Shown: positions 41,791 to 51,426 of the stretch, piece after piece | Numbering within the stretch: position 1 is the stretch's first letter | Layout of the letters: each line of letters starts with the position of its first letter | Assembly: GCA_963777955.1 (NCBI GenBank) | Contig: CAVZSQ010000022.1 | Span: 641,020 to 705,019 of the forward strand | Reading direction: 5' to 3' | DNA length: 64,000 nucleotides | Origin: Calditrichia bacterium | Lineage (GTDB): Bacteria; Calditrichota; Calditrichia; JAJRVZ01 | Notes under the pieces: generated by a model | The model's database searches: none | Told to the model about the DNA's origin: nothing | What the model saw: the letters and a program-made list of their open reading frames with translations, nothing else | Made by a program: the position numbers and the translations under genes

Positions 41791-41813
41791 TAAACAGAAA
41801 CACATGATTTAGG

Positions 41814-42788
41814 ATGAATATGGATTTCAGAAATATGTCAGAAGAATATCTAGAACACAATATGCGCTTTTCATTTCTAACCTGTCTCGTATTGATGATC
41901 ATCCTGGCAGGGTGTTCAAAACAATCCGGACCTGTTGTACCGGAAGACAAAAAGGTTGAGCTGGCCAATAAGTATTATGAGGCCTATTTATATGAAGCAG
42001 CCATCACTGAATATCTGGATTATGTAAATACTTATCCCCTGGATCAAAACCGGCAGGCTAACATATATTATACCATCGCTAATATTTATTTTGAAAAGGC
42101 CAGAGATTACAACAAAGCCCTGGAATTCTTCTACCGTGTTAAATATCTGTACCCGCAAAGTAATTTGCAGGGTGACGTGGGTAAGCGGATCGTCAATTGC
42201 CTGGAAAGGTTGCAACGTTCGCAGGATGCCCAGCGAACCCTGGAAAAAGAAGCGGCGCTGCAACCGGAAAAAGTCCAGGAGCACCGGCCGGGTGAAATCG
42301 TAGCAACCATGGGCAATAAAAATATTACCCTGGGTGACCTGGAATTCGAGATCAGCCAGTTACCCCCTTACCTGCAAACCCAGTTCACGGCCAGAGATAA
42401 GAAACTGGAATTCCTGCAGCAGTATATCGTCGGAGAATTGCTTTATGATTCCGCCAGGCGTAAGGGTCTGGAAAATGATAAGGAAATTATCGAAGGTGCC
42501 TTCCAGGCTCAAAAACGCCTGATGGCCCAGAAAATTCTTGGCGAGGAAATTCAGAGCAAAATCAACATCACCCAGGCGGATGTGGAATTGTACTATAAAG
42601 CCAACAAAGATAAATACACTGAAAAAGATGATCAAGGCAAGGTTATCCGGCAAAAATCATTTCAGGAGACAGCACAACAGGCCGCGCAAGACCTGTCACT
42701 GGAAAAACAACAGGAAGCCTATCAACAACTGGTTGCCCGGTTGATGCAATCTGAGAACGTAACTATTTTCGAACAAAGGATTAAATAA
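41814..42788 (+). CDS. lipoprotein with TPR-like and SurA-N/PpiD-N-like chaperone domains
   Basis: Lipobox (LAGCSKQ), TPR-like helices, and a C-terminal region resembling the SurA N-terminal chaperone domain (...ADVELYYKANKDKY...). Confidence 0.45.
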   Translation: MNMDFRNMSEEYLEHNMRFSFLTCLVLMIILAGCSKQSGPVVPEDKKVELANKYYEAYLYEAAITEYLDYVNTYPLDQNRQANIYYTIANIYFEKARDYNKALEFFYRVKYLYPQSNLQGDVGKRIVNCLERLQRSQDAQRTLEKEAALQPEKVQEHRPGEIVATMGNKNITLGDLEFEISQLPPYLQTQFTARDKKLEFLQQYIVGELLYDSARRKGLENDKEIIEGAFQAQKRLMAQKILGEEIQSKINITQADVELYYKANKDKYTEKDDQGKVIRQKSFQETAQQAAQDLSLEKQQEAYQQLVARLMQSENVTIFEQRIK

Positions 42789-42808
42789 ATAATACTGGAT
42801 TCAGGTCA

Positions 42809-43822
42809 TTGAGAATCGCATTCTGCCAGAAGACTACAGCCGGCATCGTATTATTGATGCTGGTATTGATTTGGACGCCGTCAGCAGCCCAGACGGTTAA
42901 AGCGCTGATTGAGGTCAATTCGGCCGTCGATACTGCGGTAATAACGATTGGCGACCGCATTAAATATACCCTGACCATCGAACACAAAACAGGTATGCGG
43001 GTTGAACAACCCGGTGCCGGAATTAATCTGGGCCAGTTTGAAATAAAAGATTACAAGATATATGAACCGGTCAAAAAAGATGATTATCTGTTGCTCAAAT
43101 ATGAATATGTAATCAGTGTTTTTGATACCGGCACTTTCACCATTCCACCGTTCCCGGTGGCATATTTCCCGACCGATTCACTGAGTGCGTATAAGATCAT
43201 TGAAGCCAGTCCTATAAACATTTATGTCCGTTCAGTTATTCATGATGATAAACGGGAACTGCGCGATATTAAACCGCCCATTGAAATTCCGTTTAATTAT
43301 TTCTTTTGGTTCTCCATGTCAGCGGTGGCGGTTTTACTGGCAGTAGCTGCCTACTTTGGTTACCTGTTTTATAAACGTCATAAGCAGGAGGGACATCTGT
43401 TCCGGGCCCCGGCACCCCCGCGTCCGGCTGACGAGGTGGCCCTGGCAGCAATCGAGGATCTGGTAAAACGAAACCTGCCGGAACAGGGCGCATATAAGCA
43501 ATTCTATATCGAGATATCCGAGATAATCCGCCGGTATATTGAAGACCGATATTTTGTACAGGCACTGGAAGAAACAAGTTTTGAGATATTGCAGGATATG
43601 AAAAAGCAGGATCTGGCCGAAGAATTATATCCATTACTGGGGGAATTTTTAAATCTATCCGATCTGGTTAAATTTGCCAGATATATTCCGGATCAGCAGG
43701 AAAACGAAAAGATCATCATGCAGGCACGACGCTTTGTGGAAGAGACCAGGGTGATACTGGAACCGGAAGTCCAGGAAGGCAATAACGTACCGCAAGTCAT
43801 AACAGCAAAAGAAGCAAATTAA
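42809..43822 (+). CDS. BatD-N-like periplasmic domain - TM - DUF4381-like protein (second copy)
   Basis: Same architecture as 38825-39751: signal peptide, beta-rich domain, TM helix (FWFSMSAVAVLLAVAAYFGYLFY), then a helical C-terminus. Confidence 0.5.
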   Translation: MRIAFCQKTTAGIVLLMLVLIWTPSAAQTVKALIEVNSAVDTAVITIGDRIKYTLTIEHKTGMRVEQPGAGINLGQFEIKDYKIYEPVKKDDYLLLKYEYVISVFDTGTFTIPPFPVAYFPTDSLSAYKIIEASPINIYVRSVIHDDKRELRDIKPPIEIPFNYFFWFSMSAVAVLLAVAAYFGYLFYKRHKQEGHLFRAPAPPRPADEVALAAIEDLVKRNLPEQGAYKQFYIEISEIIRRYIEDRYFVQALEETSFEILQDMKKQDLAEELYPLLGEFLNLSDLVKFARYIPDQQENEKIIMQARRFVEETRVILEPEVQEGNNVPQVITAKEAN

Positions 43823-43842
43823 ATAAGCAGGGAGGATTTACT

Positions 43843-44775
43843 GTGATAGAAGTTAAGGAACTGACCCGGTATTACGGTCCCAAGCAGGCTATCTCCAATG
43901 TTTCCTTTAAAGTCAATAAAGGGGAGATACTTGGTCTGTTAGGACCCAACGCTGCGGGTAAAACTACCACCATGCGTATCTTGACCTGTTATATGCCTCC
44001 GACCAGCGGCACGGCTACGGTTGGCGGTTATGACATTTTTGAACAGAGTCTGGATATACGCAAAATTACAGGTTATCTGCCGGAAAATCCGCCGCTCTAT
44101 ACCGACCTGACCGTAGAGGATTATCTGAGGTTTGTGGCCAAGATTAAAGGAATTGAAAAAAAGCGCATCAAAGCCGAAGTGGATTCGGTTGTGGAAAAAA
44201 CTACCATAGGTGATGTCCGCAGCCGGGTTATCGGTAAACTCTCCAAAGGATTCAAACAACGGGTGGGTCTGGCCCAGGCCCTGCTGAACAATCCGCAGGT
44301 GGTGATTTTTGATGAACCGACTGTTGGACTGGATCCCAAGCAGATCATCGAGATCCGTGAACTGATTAAAAGATTAAAAGGGGAACATACCATCATTTTA
44401 AGCTCACACATTTTACCGGAGGTTGAGCAGACCTGCGAACGGGTGGTGATTATATCCGAGGGCAAGGTGGTGGCTGAAGACACCCCGGAAAACCTGATGT
44501 CCCGCATGCGGGGAGTGGAACGGATCATCCTGGAAGTGGATAGCGCTGAACAAAACCTGCGCCAGGTTTTAAAAACCTTCGCTGAAATCAAATCGGTTCG
44601 GGTTGACAAGGGCAATAAAGGATTGTTAAAGGTTACGGTTGAAAGCGATCGCGATCTGCGCAAGGATCTGGCCAGGGCACTGGTCAATGGCAATATCGGT
44701 TTATATGAGATCTACACGGACCGGGTGACGCTGGAGGATATCTTCCTGCAACTGACCACGAAAGAGGAGGCCTGA
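43843..44775 (+). CDS. gldA: ABC transporter ATP-binding protein (GldA-like)
   Basis: Walker A GPNAAGKTT, ABC signature LSKGFKQRV, Walker B VIFDEPT. It is followed by ABC-2 permease and GldG-like genes. The symbol is assigned from this gene triad. Confidence 0.6.
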   Translation: MIEVKELTRYYGPKQAISNVSFKVNKGEILGLLGPNAAGKTTTMRILTCYMPPTSGTATVGGYDIFEQSLDIRKITGYLPENPPLYTDLTVEDYLRFVAKIKGIEKKRIKAEVDSVVEKTTIGDVRSRVIGKLSKGFKQRVGLAQALLNNPQVVIFDEPTVGLDPKQIIEIRELIKRLKGEHTIILSSHILPEVEQTCERVVIISEGKVVAEDTPENLMSRMRGVERIILEVDSAEQNLRQVLKTFAEIKSVRVDKGNKGLLKVTVESDRDLRKDLARALVNGNIGLYEIYTDRVTLEDIFLQLTTKEEA

Positions 44776-44777
44776 TC

Positions 44778-45560
44778 ATGAGAAAAACTTTGGCTATTTT
44801 TGAGAAAGAATTTAAATCATTCTTCTTTTCGCCTATGGCCTATATCGTTATTGGATTCTTCACAATATTAGCTGGTTTCTTCTTCTATCTGTATTTATCA
44901 AATTTCATTGAATCGGCTATGAGGGATCAGATGATGGCCCAGCAATATCAGCAGATGCCTCAACGGTTTAATATCAACCTGATGCTGATCCGGCCTTATT
45001 TTTGGAATATTGCGCTGATATCCCTGTTCATTCTGCCGGCTGTTACCATGCGTCTATATTCGGAAGAAAAAAAACAGGGTACCATTGAATTATTGTATAC
45101 CACACCATTGACGACGCTGCAGATCATTCTGGGCAAATTTTTAGCAGGTCTGGCTTTTTATGTCGTATTATTAATTCCAACAATGTTTTTTCAATCTTTG
45201 TTATTCGTCTATGGTGATCCTGAGTTTCTGCCGGTCCTGTCCGGATATCTGGGCCTGCTGTTATTGGGCAGTGCTTTTATATCCATTGGCTTATTAATTT
45301 CGACAACGACCGAAAACCAGATTATCGCCGCCATTGCAGGTTTTGCCACATCATTACTTCTATGGTTGATCGGCTGGGGTGCAAACTATACCGGCCCGGT
45401 TTTTGCCCCGATATTGCAATATATATCGATTATTACCCATTTTGAAGATTTCGCACAGGGGATAATCGACAGCACCCATGTGATCTATTATATTCTCTTC
45501 GCGTTTCTGGGCATATACTTGTCTCTGAAATCAGTTGAATCAATCAAATGGCGAACCTGA
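44778..45560 (+). CDS. gldF: ABC-2 family permease (GldF-like)
   Basis: Six TM helices, 260 aa, translationally coupled to the ATPase. Confidence 0.55.
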   Translation: MRKTLAIFEKEFKSFFFSPMAYIVIGFFTILAGFFFYLYLSNFIESAMRDQMMAQQYQQMPQRFNINLMLIRPYFWNIALISLFILPAVTMRLYSEEKKQGTIELLYTTPLTTLQIILGKFLAGLAFYVVLLIPTMFFQSLLFVYGDPEFLPVLSGYLGLLLLGSAFISIGLLISTTTENQIIAAIAGFATSLLLWLIGWGANYTGPVFAPILQYISIITHFEDFAQGIIDSTHVIYYILFAFLGIYLSLKSVESIKWRT

Positions 45561-45600
45561 GCAAGAGTGTAAAAGGTGAAAAAAGAGATGGAGATCTACG

Positions 45601-47124
45601 ATGAAATTAGTTGATAAAATAATTGGTGGAATTGCCCTGCTGGCGCTACTGTTCAGCCTGGTATTCTATTCTATCCGCAATATCTGGAATCTGGTAAACT
45701 GGATAACCATAAGCCTGGGCATAATTGGTCTGGCATATTTCCTGTATATTTATTTTACCAAAAGGGAAAAGGCCATATCGATCCGAAATCTGCAATATGG
45801 TTCAAGCGTACTGGTCCAGGGGCTGATAGTTTTCGGTATTGTGGCACTGCTGGCTTTTATTACAGTACGGCAACATTTCCGCAGCGATTGGACTAAAAAT
45901 AAACTCTACAGTCTGGCCGATCAGACTGATAAAATACTGGAAGGGCTTGACAAAGATGTACAGATCCTGGCTTTTTATAAAGGGGCCGATCAAGCGGCGG
46001 TGCGGGACATTCTCGAGGAATATGCTTTCCGTTCACCGAAACTAAAATATAAGTTTGTAGATCCGGACCAGCAGGTACAATTGATCCGGCAATATGAGAT
46101 CAGGAATTATAATACCATCGTAGTCGAGTGTGGCCTGAAACGCGAAAAGGTTGAAGAATTCAATGAATCCAATCTGACCAATGCGATTCTGAAGGTAACC
46201 CGCGAACAGGAGAAGGTGGTATATTTTCTCAGCGGACACGGAGAACGCTCGATCACGGATGCCGGAGTTGAGGGATATAAATCAGCTGCCGAAGCGATTC
46301 AGAAAGAAAACTATCAGGTACGTGACCTGAATTTGATCATGAATATTGCTCAGGGGAAAGGAATTCCCGACTCCTGTACGGTTCTGGCTATTGTCAATCC
46401 TCTGAGCAATCTGCTGCCGGTCGAGTTCGATACGATTAAATCTTATCTTGACCGGGGCAATAAGGCGATTATTCTGCTGGATCCGGAACATCAGGATGAT
46501 CTGGCCGCGTTTCTGGCCGGGTATAAAGTCAGTGTCGGCAGAGATCTGGTGGTGGATGCCAGTGGTATGGGACAAATCGTCGGCACCGGTCCGGGCATGC
46601 CGCTGGTGGCAGAATATGATCAGAGTATAGCTATCACCAAAGGTTTCGGCGTCATGACCTTTTATCCTTATACTTCTTCGATAACTCCCATGGCCGCTGC
46701 CGGGGGATACGACATTAAAACTCTGTTAAAAACCTCTCCTAACAGCTGGGCCGAGGTTGATTTTGCTGCTACGTCCAAAGAAGTTTCATTCGATGAAAAT
46801 AAAGATAAAGCGGGTCCCATTACCATCGGTGTGTTGATTGAAAAATCCATTGGCAATAAAAAACTTAGCCTGGTCGTCATAGGCGATTCGGATTTTGCCA
46901 AGAATGGATACTGGGGTAAACTGGGTAACGCTGATCTGTTCCTGAACATCATTAATTTTCTGGCTGAGGAAGAAGATCTTATCTCTATCCGTCCCAAAGA
47001 TCTCGATGACAGCCGTTTAAACATGACAGCGGCGAACGTCAAGACTGTTTTTTACCTGATCTTTGCAATTCCTGTGCTGGTTATTATTGGTGGTGTTGTG
47101 TTTTATATTAAAAGATCCAGGTAA
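45601..47124 (+). CDS. gldG: GldG-like ABC-transporter-associated protein (ABC-type uncharacterized transport system domain)
   Basis: About 500 aa with N- and C-terminal TM anchors and a large periplasmic domain. It occupies the position after the A/F-like genes. Confidence 0.55.
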   Translation: MKLVDKIIGGIALLALLFSLVFYSIRNIWNLVNWITISLGIIGLAYFLYIYFTKREKAISIRNLQYGSSVLVQGLIVFGIVALLAFITVRQHFRSDWTKNKLYSLADQTDKILEGLDKDVQILAFYKGADQAAVRDILEEYAFRSPKLKYKFVDPDQQVQLIRQYEIRNYNTIVVECGLKREKVEEFNESNLTNAILKVTREQEKVVYFLSGHGERSITDAGVEGYKSAAEAIQKENYQVRDLNLIMNIAQGKGIPDSCTVLAIVNPLSNLLPVEFDTIKSYLDRGNKAIILLDPEHQDDLAAFLAGYKVSVGRDLVVDASGMGQIVGTGPGMPLVAEYDQSIAITKGFGVMTFYPYTSSITPMAAAGGYDIKTLLKTSPNSWAEVDFAATSKEVSFDENKDKAGPITIGVLIEKSIGNKKLSLVVIGDSDFAKNGYWGKLGNADLFLNIINFLAEEEDLISIRPKDLDDSRLNMTAANVKTVFYLIFAIPVLVIIGGVVFYIKRSR

Positions 47125-47141
47125 AGGGATAGGATACAGTT

Positions 47142-48515
47142 ATGAAATGGCTGAAGAATCTGTTTTTATTTATTTTACTTCTGGCACTGGCGGCCTATGT
47201 GTATTTCTATGAGATCAAGGGGGGAGAAAAACGGGAGCAGGAAAAACAGGAGGCCGATCTGGTCTTTCAATTTGAACCGGACAGCGTGAAATCGCTGGAA
47301 GTTCGCAGTGCCCTGGCTGACTTTTTCTTCCGGCGCGAAGGGGAACAATGGCAAATCCTGAAACCGGTTATAACCGATGCAGAAAAAAGCACTATTACCA
47401 GCGCTTTAAACACTCTCAAAAGTCTGAAGAAAGAGCGGGAATTTACCATACAAAGGAATGAATTGAAATCATACGGCCTGGTGGGTACCTCCATGCTGGT
47501 GATCTTCGAGTCAACCAATGGCCAGAGGGATTCGGTCCGCTTCGGGGATGATACACCTATCGGCAGTAATGCCTTCGCCAATAAAGTGGATACCGCGGTC
47601 TTCATGGTACCCAATTATGCCAAGCGCAATTTTATTAAAACCCTGTTTGACTGGCGCGAAAAATCGGTCAGCAAGGTGAAACAAGCGGATGTACAGGAAT
47701 TTATTTTACAGAATCCCCAGGGTAAATTTCACCTGGTCAAAGAGGGCAGCGATTGGCAACTGAAAGCACCGCTGTCCACCCGGGCCGATAACAGCACCGT
47801 CAGTTCAATCCTGAGCAAGCTGGAATTCGGCCGGGCCACCGGAGTTGTCACTGAAACATTCGATCAACCGTCTCAGTACCGTTTGAGTAAACCTGCTTAC
47901 CGGATCGAGCTGCTGGTAGGCGAGGCCAGGGCACAGAAAAACATTATTATTTCCGATTTACAGGACAATGTTGCCTATGTCAATGATATGAGCCGGTCCC
48001 CGGTATTTACGATCGATTCTACTTTTATCAAAGAAATCAATAAATCATTGTTTCAATTACGTTATAAAAAAATCTCCGAATTTGACCGCGACGGCGCCGA
48101 TAGCCTGGTAGTCAATCAAGGGGATTCTGTTTTCATTTTCAATAAAGATACCAGTTCAGCCTGGTATCTTTCCGGAAATAAAAGAGTCAAAACCTGGAAG
48201 ATGAATTCATTGCTGACCACCCTGAATAATCTAAGCGCCAAAAAGTTTCTGCTGGAGAATGTGTCATCTACCAGCGAGTATGGTTTGTCAAAACCCGAAC
48301 GGACTATCACCCTTTACCGGAGCGGAGAAAAAATCCAGCAGGTCCTTTTTGCCGCAGCTGCTAAAAATTTGAAAGTGGCCTTTTCTCCGTATTCCCGGCA
48401 GGTGGCCGAAATTGAAGAAAGCGCCTATGACAATACAAAAATCAGTTCCGGCGATTTTATAGATGTTCCACCACCGCCGGCACCGCCGGCTCAGACTGAC
48501 GCAGAGGTCCAGTAA
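47142..48515 (+). CDS. DUF4340 domain protein
   Basis: N-terminal TM helix plus repeated DUF4340-like modules. This family commonly follows gldG-like genes. Confidence 0.5.
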   Translation: MKWLKNLFLFILLLALAAYVYFYEIKGGEKREQEKQEADLVFQFEPDSVKSLEVRSALADFFFRREGEQWQILKPVITDAEKSTITSALNTLKSLKKEREFTIQRNELKSYGLVGTSMLVIFESTNGQRDSVRFGDDTPIGSNAFANKVDTAVFMVPNYAKRNFIKTLFDWREKSVSKVKQADVQEFILQNPQGKFHLVKEGSDWQLKAPLSTRADNSTVSSILSKLEFGRATGVVTETFDQPSQYRLSKPAYRIELLVGEARAQKNIIISDLQDNVAYVNDMSRSPVFTIDSTFIKEINKSLFQLRYKKISEFDRDGADSLVVNQGDSVFIFNKDTSSAWYLSGNKRVKTWKMNSLLTTLNNLSAKKFLLENVSSTSEYGLSKPERTITLYRSGEKIQQVLFAAAAKNLKVAFSPYSRQVAEIEESAYDNTKISSGDFIDVPPPPAPPAQTDAEVQ

Positions 48516-49510
48516 TGTTCCGGTTCGCCGATCCGCAATATCTGTATCTGTTATTGCTGCTGCCCTTGCTGGTTTACTGGTACTGGAAACAGTATCCCCG
48601 CGGCAGCGGGAAAATACGTTTTTCCGATATCAACATAATTAAAAAAGTCGGTAAGACGACCAAGCAGCAGTTGCGGCATAGTTTATTCGCCTTAAGAATT
48701 CTGTTTCTGGCCTTGCTGATAACAGCATTTGCCCGGCCCCAGTCCAGCAGCAAGATGCACGAAACCTCCACCGAAGGTATCGATATCATCATGGCGCTGG
48801 ATGTTTCGTCCAGTATGCTGGCCGAGGACTTTAAACCCAAAAACCGTCTGGAAGCTGCCAAAAAAGTCGCCGAGGAATTTATTCAGGGCCGGCAGAATGA
48901 CCGCATCGGTATGGTCATCTTCGCCGCGGAAAGTTTTACGCAATGCCCGCTGACCCTGGATTACGGAGTGCTGCTGACCCTGCTCAACGAAACAAAAGTT
49001 GCCGACCAGGACTGGGACGGCACGGCCATCGGTATGGGAATTATCAATGCCGTCAACCGGCTGCGGGACAGCAAGGCCAAGAGTAAAGTGATCATCCTGC
49101 TGACCGACGGCGTTAACAACCGCGGTGAAGTGGATCCGCTCACCGCTTCCAAAATTGCCGCGGCTCTGAAGATAAAAATATACACTATCGGCGCCGGGAC
49201 CAAGGGTACGGCCATGTATCCGGTTGATGATCCGTTGTTCGGACGGAGATTCGTAGCCATGCCGGTGGAGATCGATGAAGATATCCTGAAAAAAATTGCC
49301 CAAAACACAACCGGACAATATTTCCGGGCTACCAATACGGAAAAACTTGCGGAGATTTACCGCGAGATAGGTGAACTGGAAAAAACCAAGATCGAGGTCA
49401 AGGAATTTACCCGCTATGATGAGTATTTTAAATATTTTTTAGCAGGCGGACTGTTGCTGTTTATAGTTGAAATTGTATTGGCCCAGACATATTTCAGGAA
49501 GATACCTTAA
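48515..49510 (+). CDS. batA: vWA-domain aerotolerance protein BatA
   Basis: N-terminal TM helices plus a vWA domain with a MIDAS motif (DVSSSM). It lies in a BatA-BatB-BatC-BatD-BatE series. Confidence 0.75.
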   Translation: MFRFADPQYLYLLLLLPLLVYWYWKQYPRGSGKIRFSDINIIKKVGKTTKQQLRHSLFALRILFLALLITAFARPQSSSKMHETSTEGIDIIMALDVSSSMLAEDFKPKNRLEAAKKVAEEFIQGRQNDRIGMVIFAAESFTQCPLTLDYGVLLTLLNETKVADQDWDGTAIGMGIINAVNRLRDSKAKSKVIILLTDGVNNRGEVDPLTASKIAAALKIKIYTIGAGTKGTAMYPVDDPLFGRRFVAMPVEIDEDILKKIAQNTTGQYFRATNTEKLAEIYREIGELEKTKIEVKEFTRYDEYFKYFLAGGLLLFIVEIVLAQTYFRKIP

Positions 49511-49646
49511 GGAAGGGACAAAGGGACAGAGATCGGAGGCCGGGCGAAACCAGGCCGGAGACCTGCCAATAGGCAGGGACAAAGGGACAAAGTAATGACT
49601 AAGGGACTAAGGGACTAAGGAACTAAGGAACTCAGGTACTAAAAGG
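49511..49646. repeat. intergenic 8-bp-period repeat element (locus 5): all units in the GGA sense
   Basis: aagggaca|aagggaca|gag, then a hairpin insert (ggccgggcgaaaccaggccgg; cctgcc-aata-ggcagg), then agggacaa|agggacaa|agtaatga|ctaaggga|ctaaggga|ctaaggaa|ctaaggaa|ctcaggta|ctaaaagg. The array is contiguous in one 8-nt register. Confidence 0.7.
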
Positions 49647-49714
49647 ATATAAGATTAAAGATGAAAGATTAAAGAAATAAAGTATGCAGGTACTTAAGAT
49701 TTGAAAATCCGGAA

Positions 49715-50722
49715 TTGCTTCAGCTGCTGTGGGGAGTATTATTGTTACTCGGTTTTTTTATCAGCATGAACCGCTATAAAAAACAATTGCTCAAACATTT
49801 CGGTAATCTGGAGATTCTGCACAAACTAATGCGCAGTTATAGTCCCGGCCGCCGGAATCTGAAGATCCTGTTACTCTTATTGAGTTACGTTTTTTTTGTA
49901 ATTGCACTGGCTAATCCGCAGATTGGCACCAGGTTGGAAGAAGTGAAGCGGGAAGGGGTTGATATCATCATCGCCATCGATGTTTCCAAGAGCATGCTGG
50001 CCGAGGATATTACGCCAAATCGTCTGGAAAAAGCCAAACATGCAGTCAGCAGGTTTCTTGACTTACTGCAGGGGGACCGTATTGGTCTGGTCGCTTTTGC
50101 CGGTATTGCCCATGTACAATGTCCCCTTACTCTCGATTATAGCGCGGCCAAATTATTTCTGAGTATCATTGATCCGGGCCTGATTCCGCAGCCCGGCACC
50201 GCGATCGGTGAAGCGATTAAAGTGTCCGCAGCGGCATTCAACGTCAAGGAGCGTAAATCTAAAGTTTTGATCTTGATTACCGATGGTGAAGAACATGAAG
50301 GGGATCCGGTAGAAGCCGCCACGGAAGCAGAAAAACAAGGGGTCATTATTTATACGGTCGGTATCGGTTCACCCGAAGGGGTACCGATTCCGGAATACAG
50401 TCAATCCGGGGCACAAACTGGATTTAAAAAAGACCGGCAGGGCAGCGTGGTGACCACCAAACTGGATGTTTATACTTTACAGAAAATTGCCTATGAAACC
50501 GGCGGTAAATATTATCTGGCCAGCAGCAGCGAATCCGAACTGGACGATATCTATGATGAAATCCTGGCCATGGAGAAAAAAGAACTGGTTTCCAAACAAT
50601 TCTCCCAGTATGAAGACCGTTTTCAGATCTTTCTGGCTATCGGTCTGTTTTTTCTGATCGCTGAAATTCTGATCCCGGAACGCAGGAAAGTAAAGGCGGA
50701 ATGGGAAGGGAGGTTCGTGTGA
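49715..50722 (+). CDS. batB: vWA-domain aerotolerance protein BatB
   Basis: TM helices plus a vWA MIDAS motif (DVSKSM). The TTG start at 49715 is uncertain. Confidence 0.7.
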   Translation: MLQLLWGVLLLLGFFISMNRYKKQLLKHFGNLEILHKLMRSYSPGRRNLKILLLLLSYVFFVIALANPQIGTRLEEVKREGVDIIIAIDVSKSMLAEDITPNRLEKAKHAVSRFLDLLQGDRIGLVAFAGIAHVQCPLTLDYSAAKLFLSIIDPGLIPQPGTAIGEAIKVSAAAFNVKERKSKVLILITDGEEHEGDPVEAATEAEKQGVIIYTVGIGSPEGVPIPEYSQSGAQTGFKKDRQGSVVTTKLDVYTLQKIAYETGGKYYLASSSESELDDIYDEILAMEKKELVSKQFSQYEDRFQIFLAIGLFFLIAEILIPERRKVKAEWEGRFV

Positions 50723-51423
50723 TCCGTATATATTTCGTACTGATTGTTTCTTTATTTACGGTCTCTGCCGGATTTGCTCAATCCATGCGCGGAAAAATAA
50801 ATGCCGGCAATAAAATGTATCACCAGGAAAAGTATGATGAAGCCCTGAACAAATATAAGGATGCCCTGCTGGATGATCCCAAAAATGAGATTGCCACTTT
50901 TAACCAGGGTGACGCTTCCTATAAAATACAAAAGTACGATGAGGCCATCGAATCTTTTCAGAAAGTGATGGGCAGCAAGGATTTAAAGTTGGAAGAACAG
51001 GCTCATTTCAATATTGGTAATTCCTGGTTCAAGCAGGATAAATTACAGGAGAGTATTCAGGCCTATAAAATGGCGCTGGACCTTGATCCTGATGATCAGG
51101 ACGCTAAATATAATCTGGAACTGGCCCGGGCAAAATTAAAAGAGCAGGCACAGAAACAACCGATGCAGCAACAGCCGCAACAACAGCAGCAAGACGGGCA
51201 AAATCAGCAGCAACAGAACCAGCAAAGTCAGCAGCAGGAACAACAACAGCAACAACAACAGCAGCAGGCTCAGCCGCAAAACCAGGAGCAGGTCGACAAA
51301 GATAAAATGTCAAAAAAAGATGCCGAACGTATTCTGGATGCCCTGAAAAACCAGGAAAAAGAAAAACAAAAACGGCGGCGCATGGTTCCCCCGACCAGGC
51401 GCCAGGTGGATAAAGACTGGTAA
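50719..51423 (+). CDS. batC: TPR-repeat protein BatC with a Gln-rich low-complexity tail
   Basis: A GTG start overlaps the batB stop (GTGA), with a GGAAGGGAGG SD upstream. TPR repeats are followed by a poly-Q/CAG-CAA tract. Confidence 0.65.
   Translation: MIRIYFVLIVSLFTVSAGFAQSMRGKINAGNKMYHQEKYDEALNKYKDALLDDPKNEIATFNQGDASYKIQKYDEAIESFQKVMGSKDLKLEEQAHFNIGNSWFKQDKLQESIQAYKMALDLDPDDQDAKYNLELARAKLKEQAQKQPMQQQPQQQQQDGQNQQQQNQQSQQQEQQQQQQQQQAQPQNQEQVDKDKMSKKDAERILDALKNQEKEKQKRRRMVPPTRRQVDKDW
51148..51290. repeat. CAG/CAA trinucleotide repeat tract encoding poly-Gln in BatC
   Basis: cagcaacagccgcaacaacagcagcaa...caacaacagcaacaacaacagcagcag. Confidence 0.7.
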
Positions 51424-51426
51424 TAT

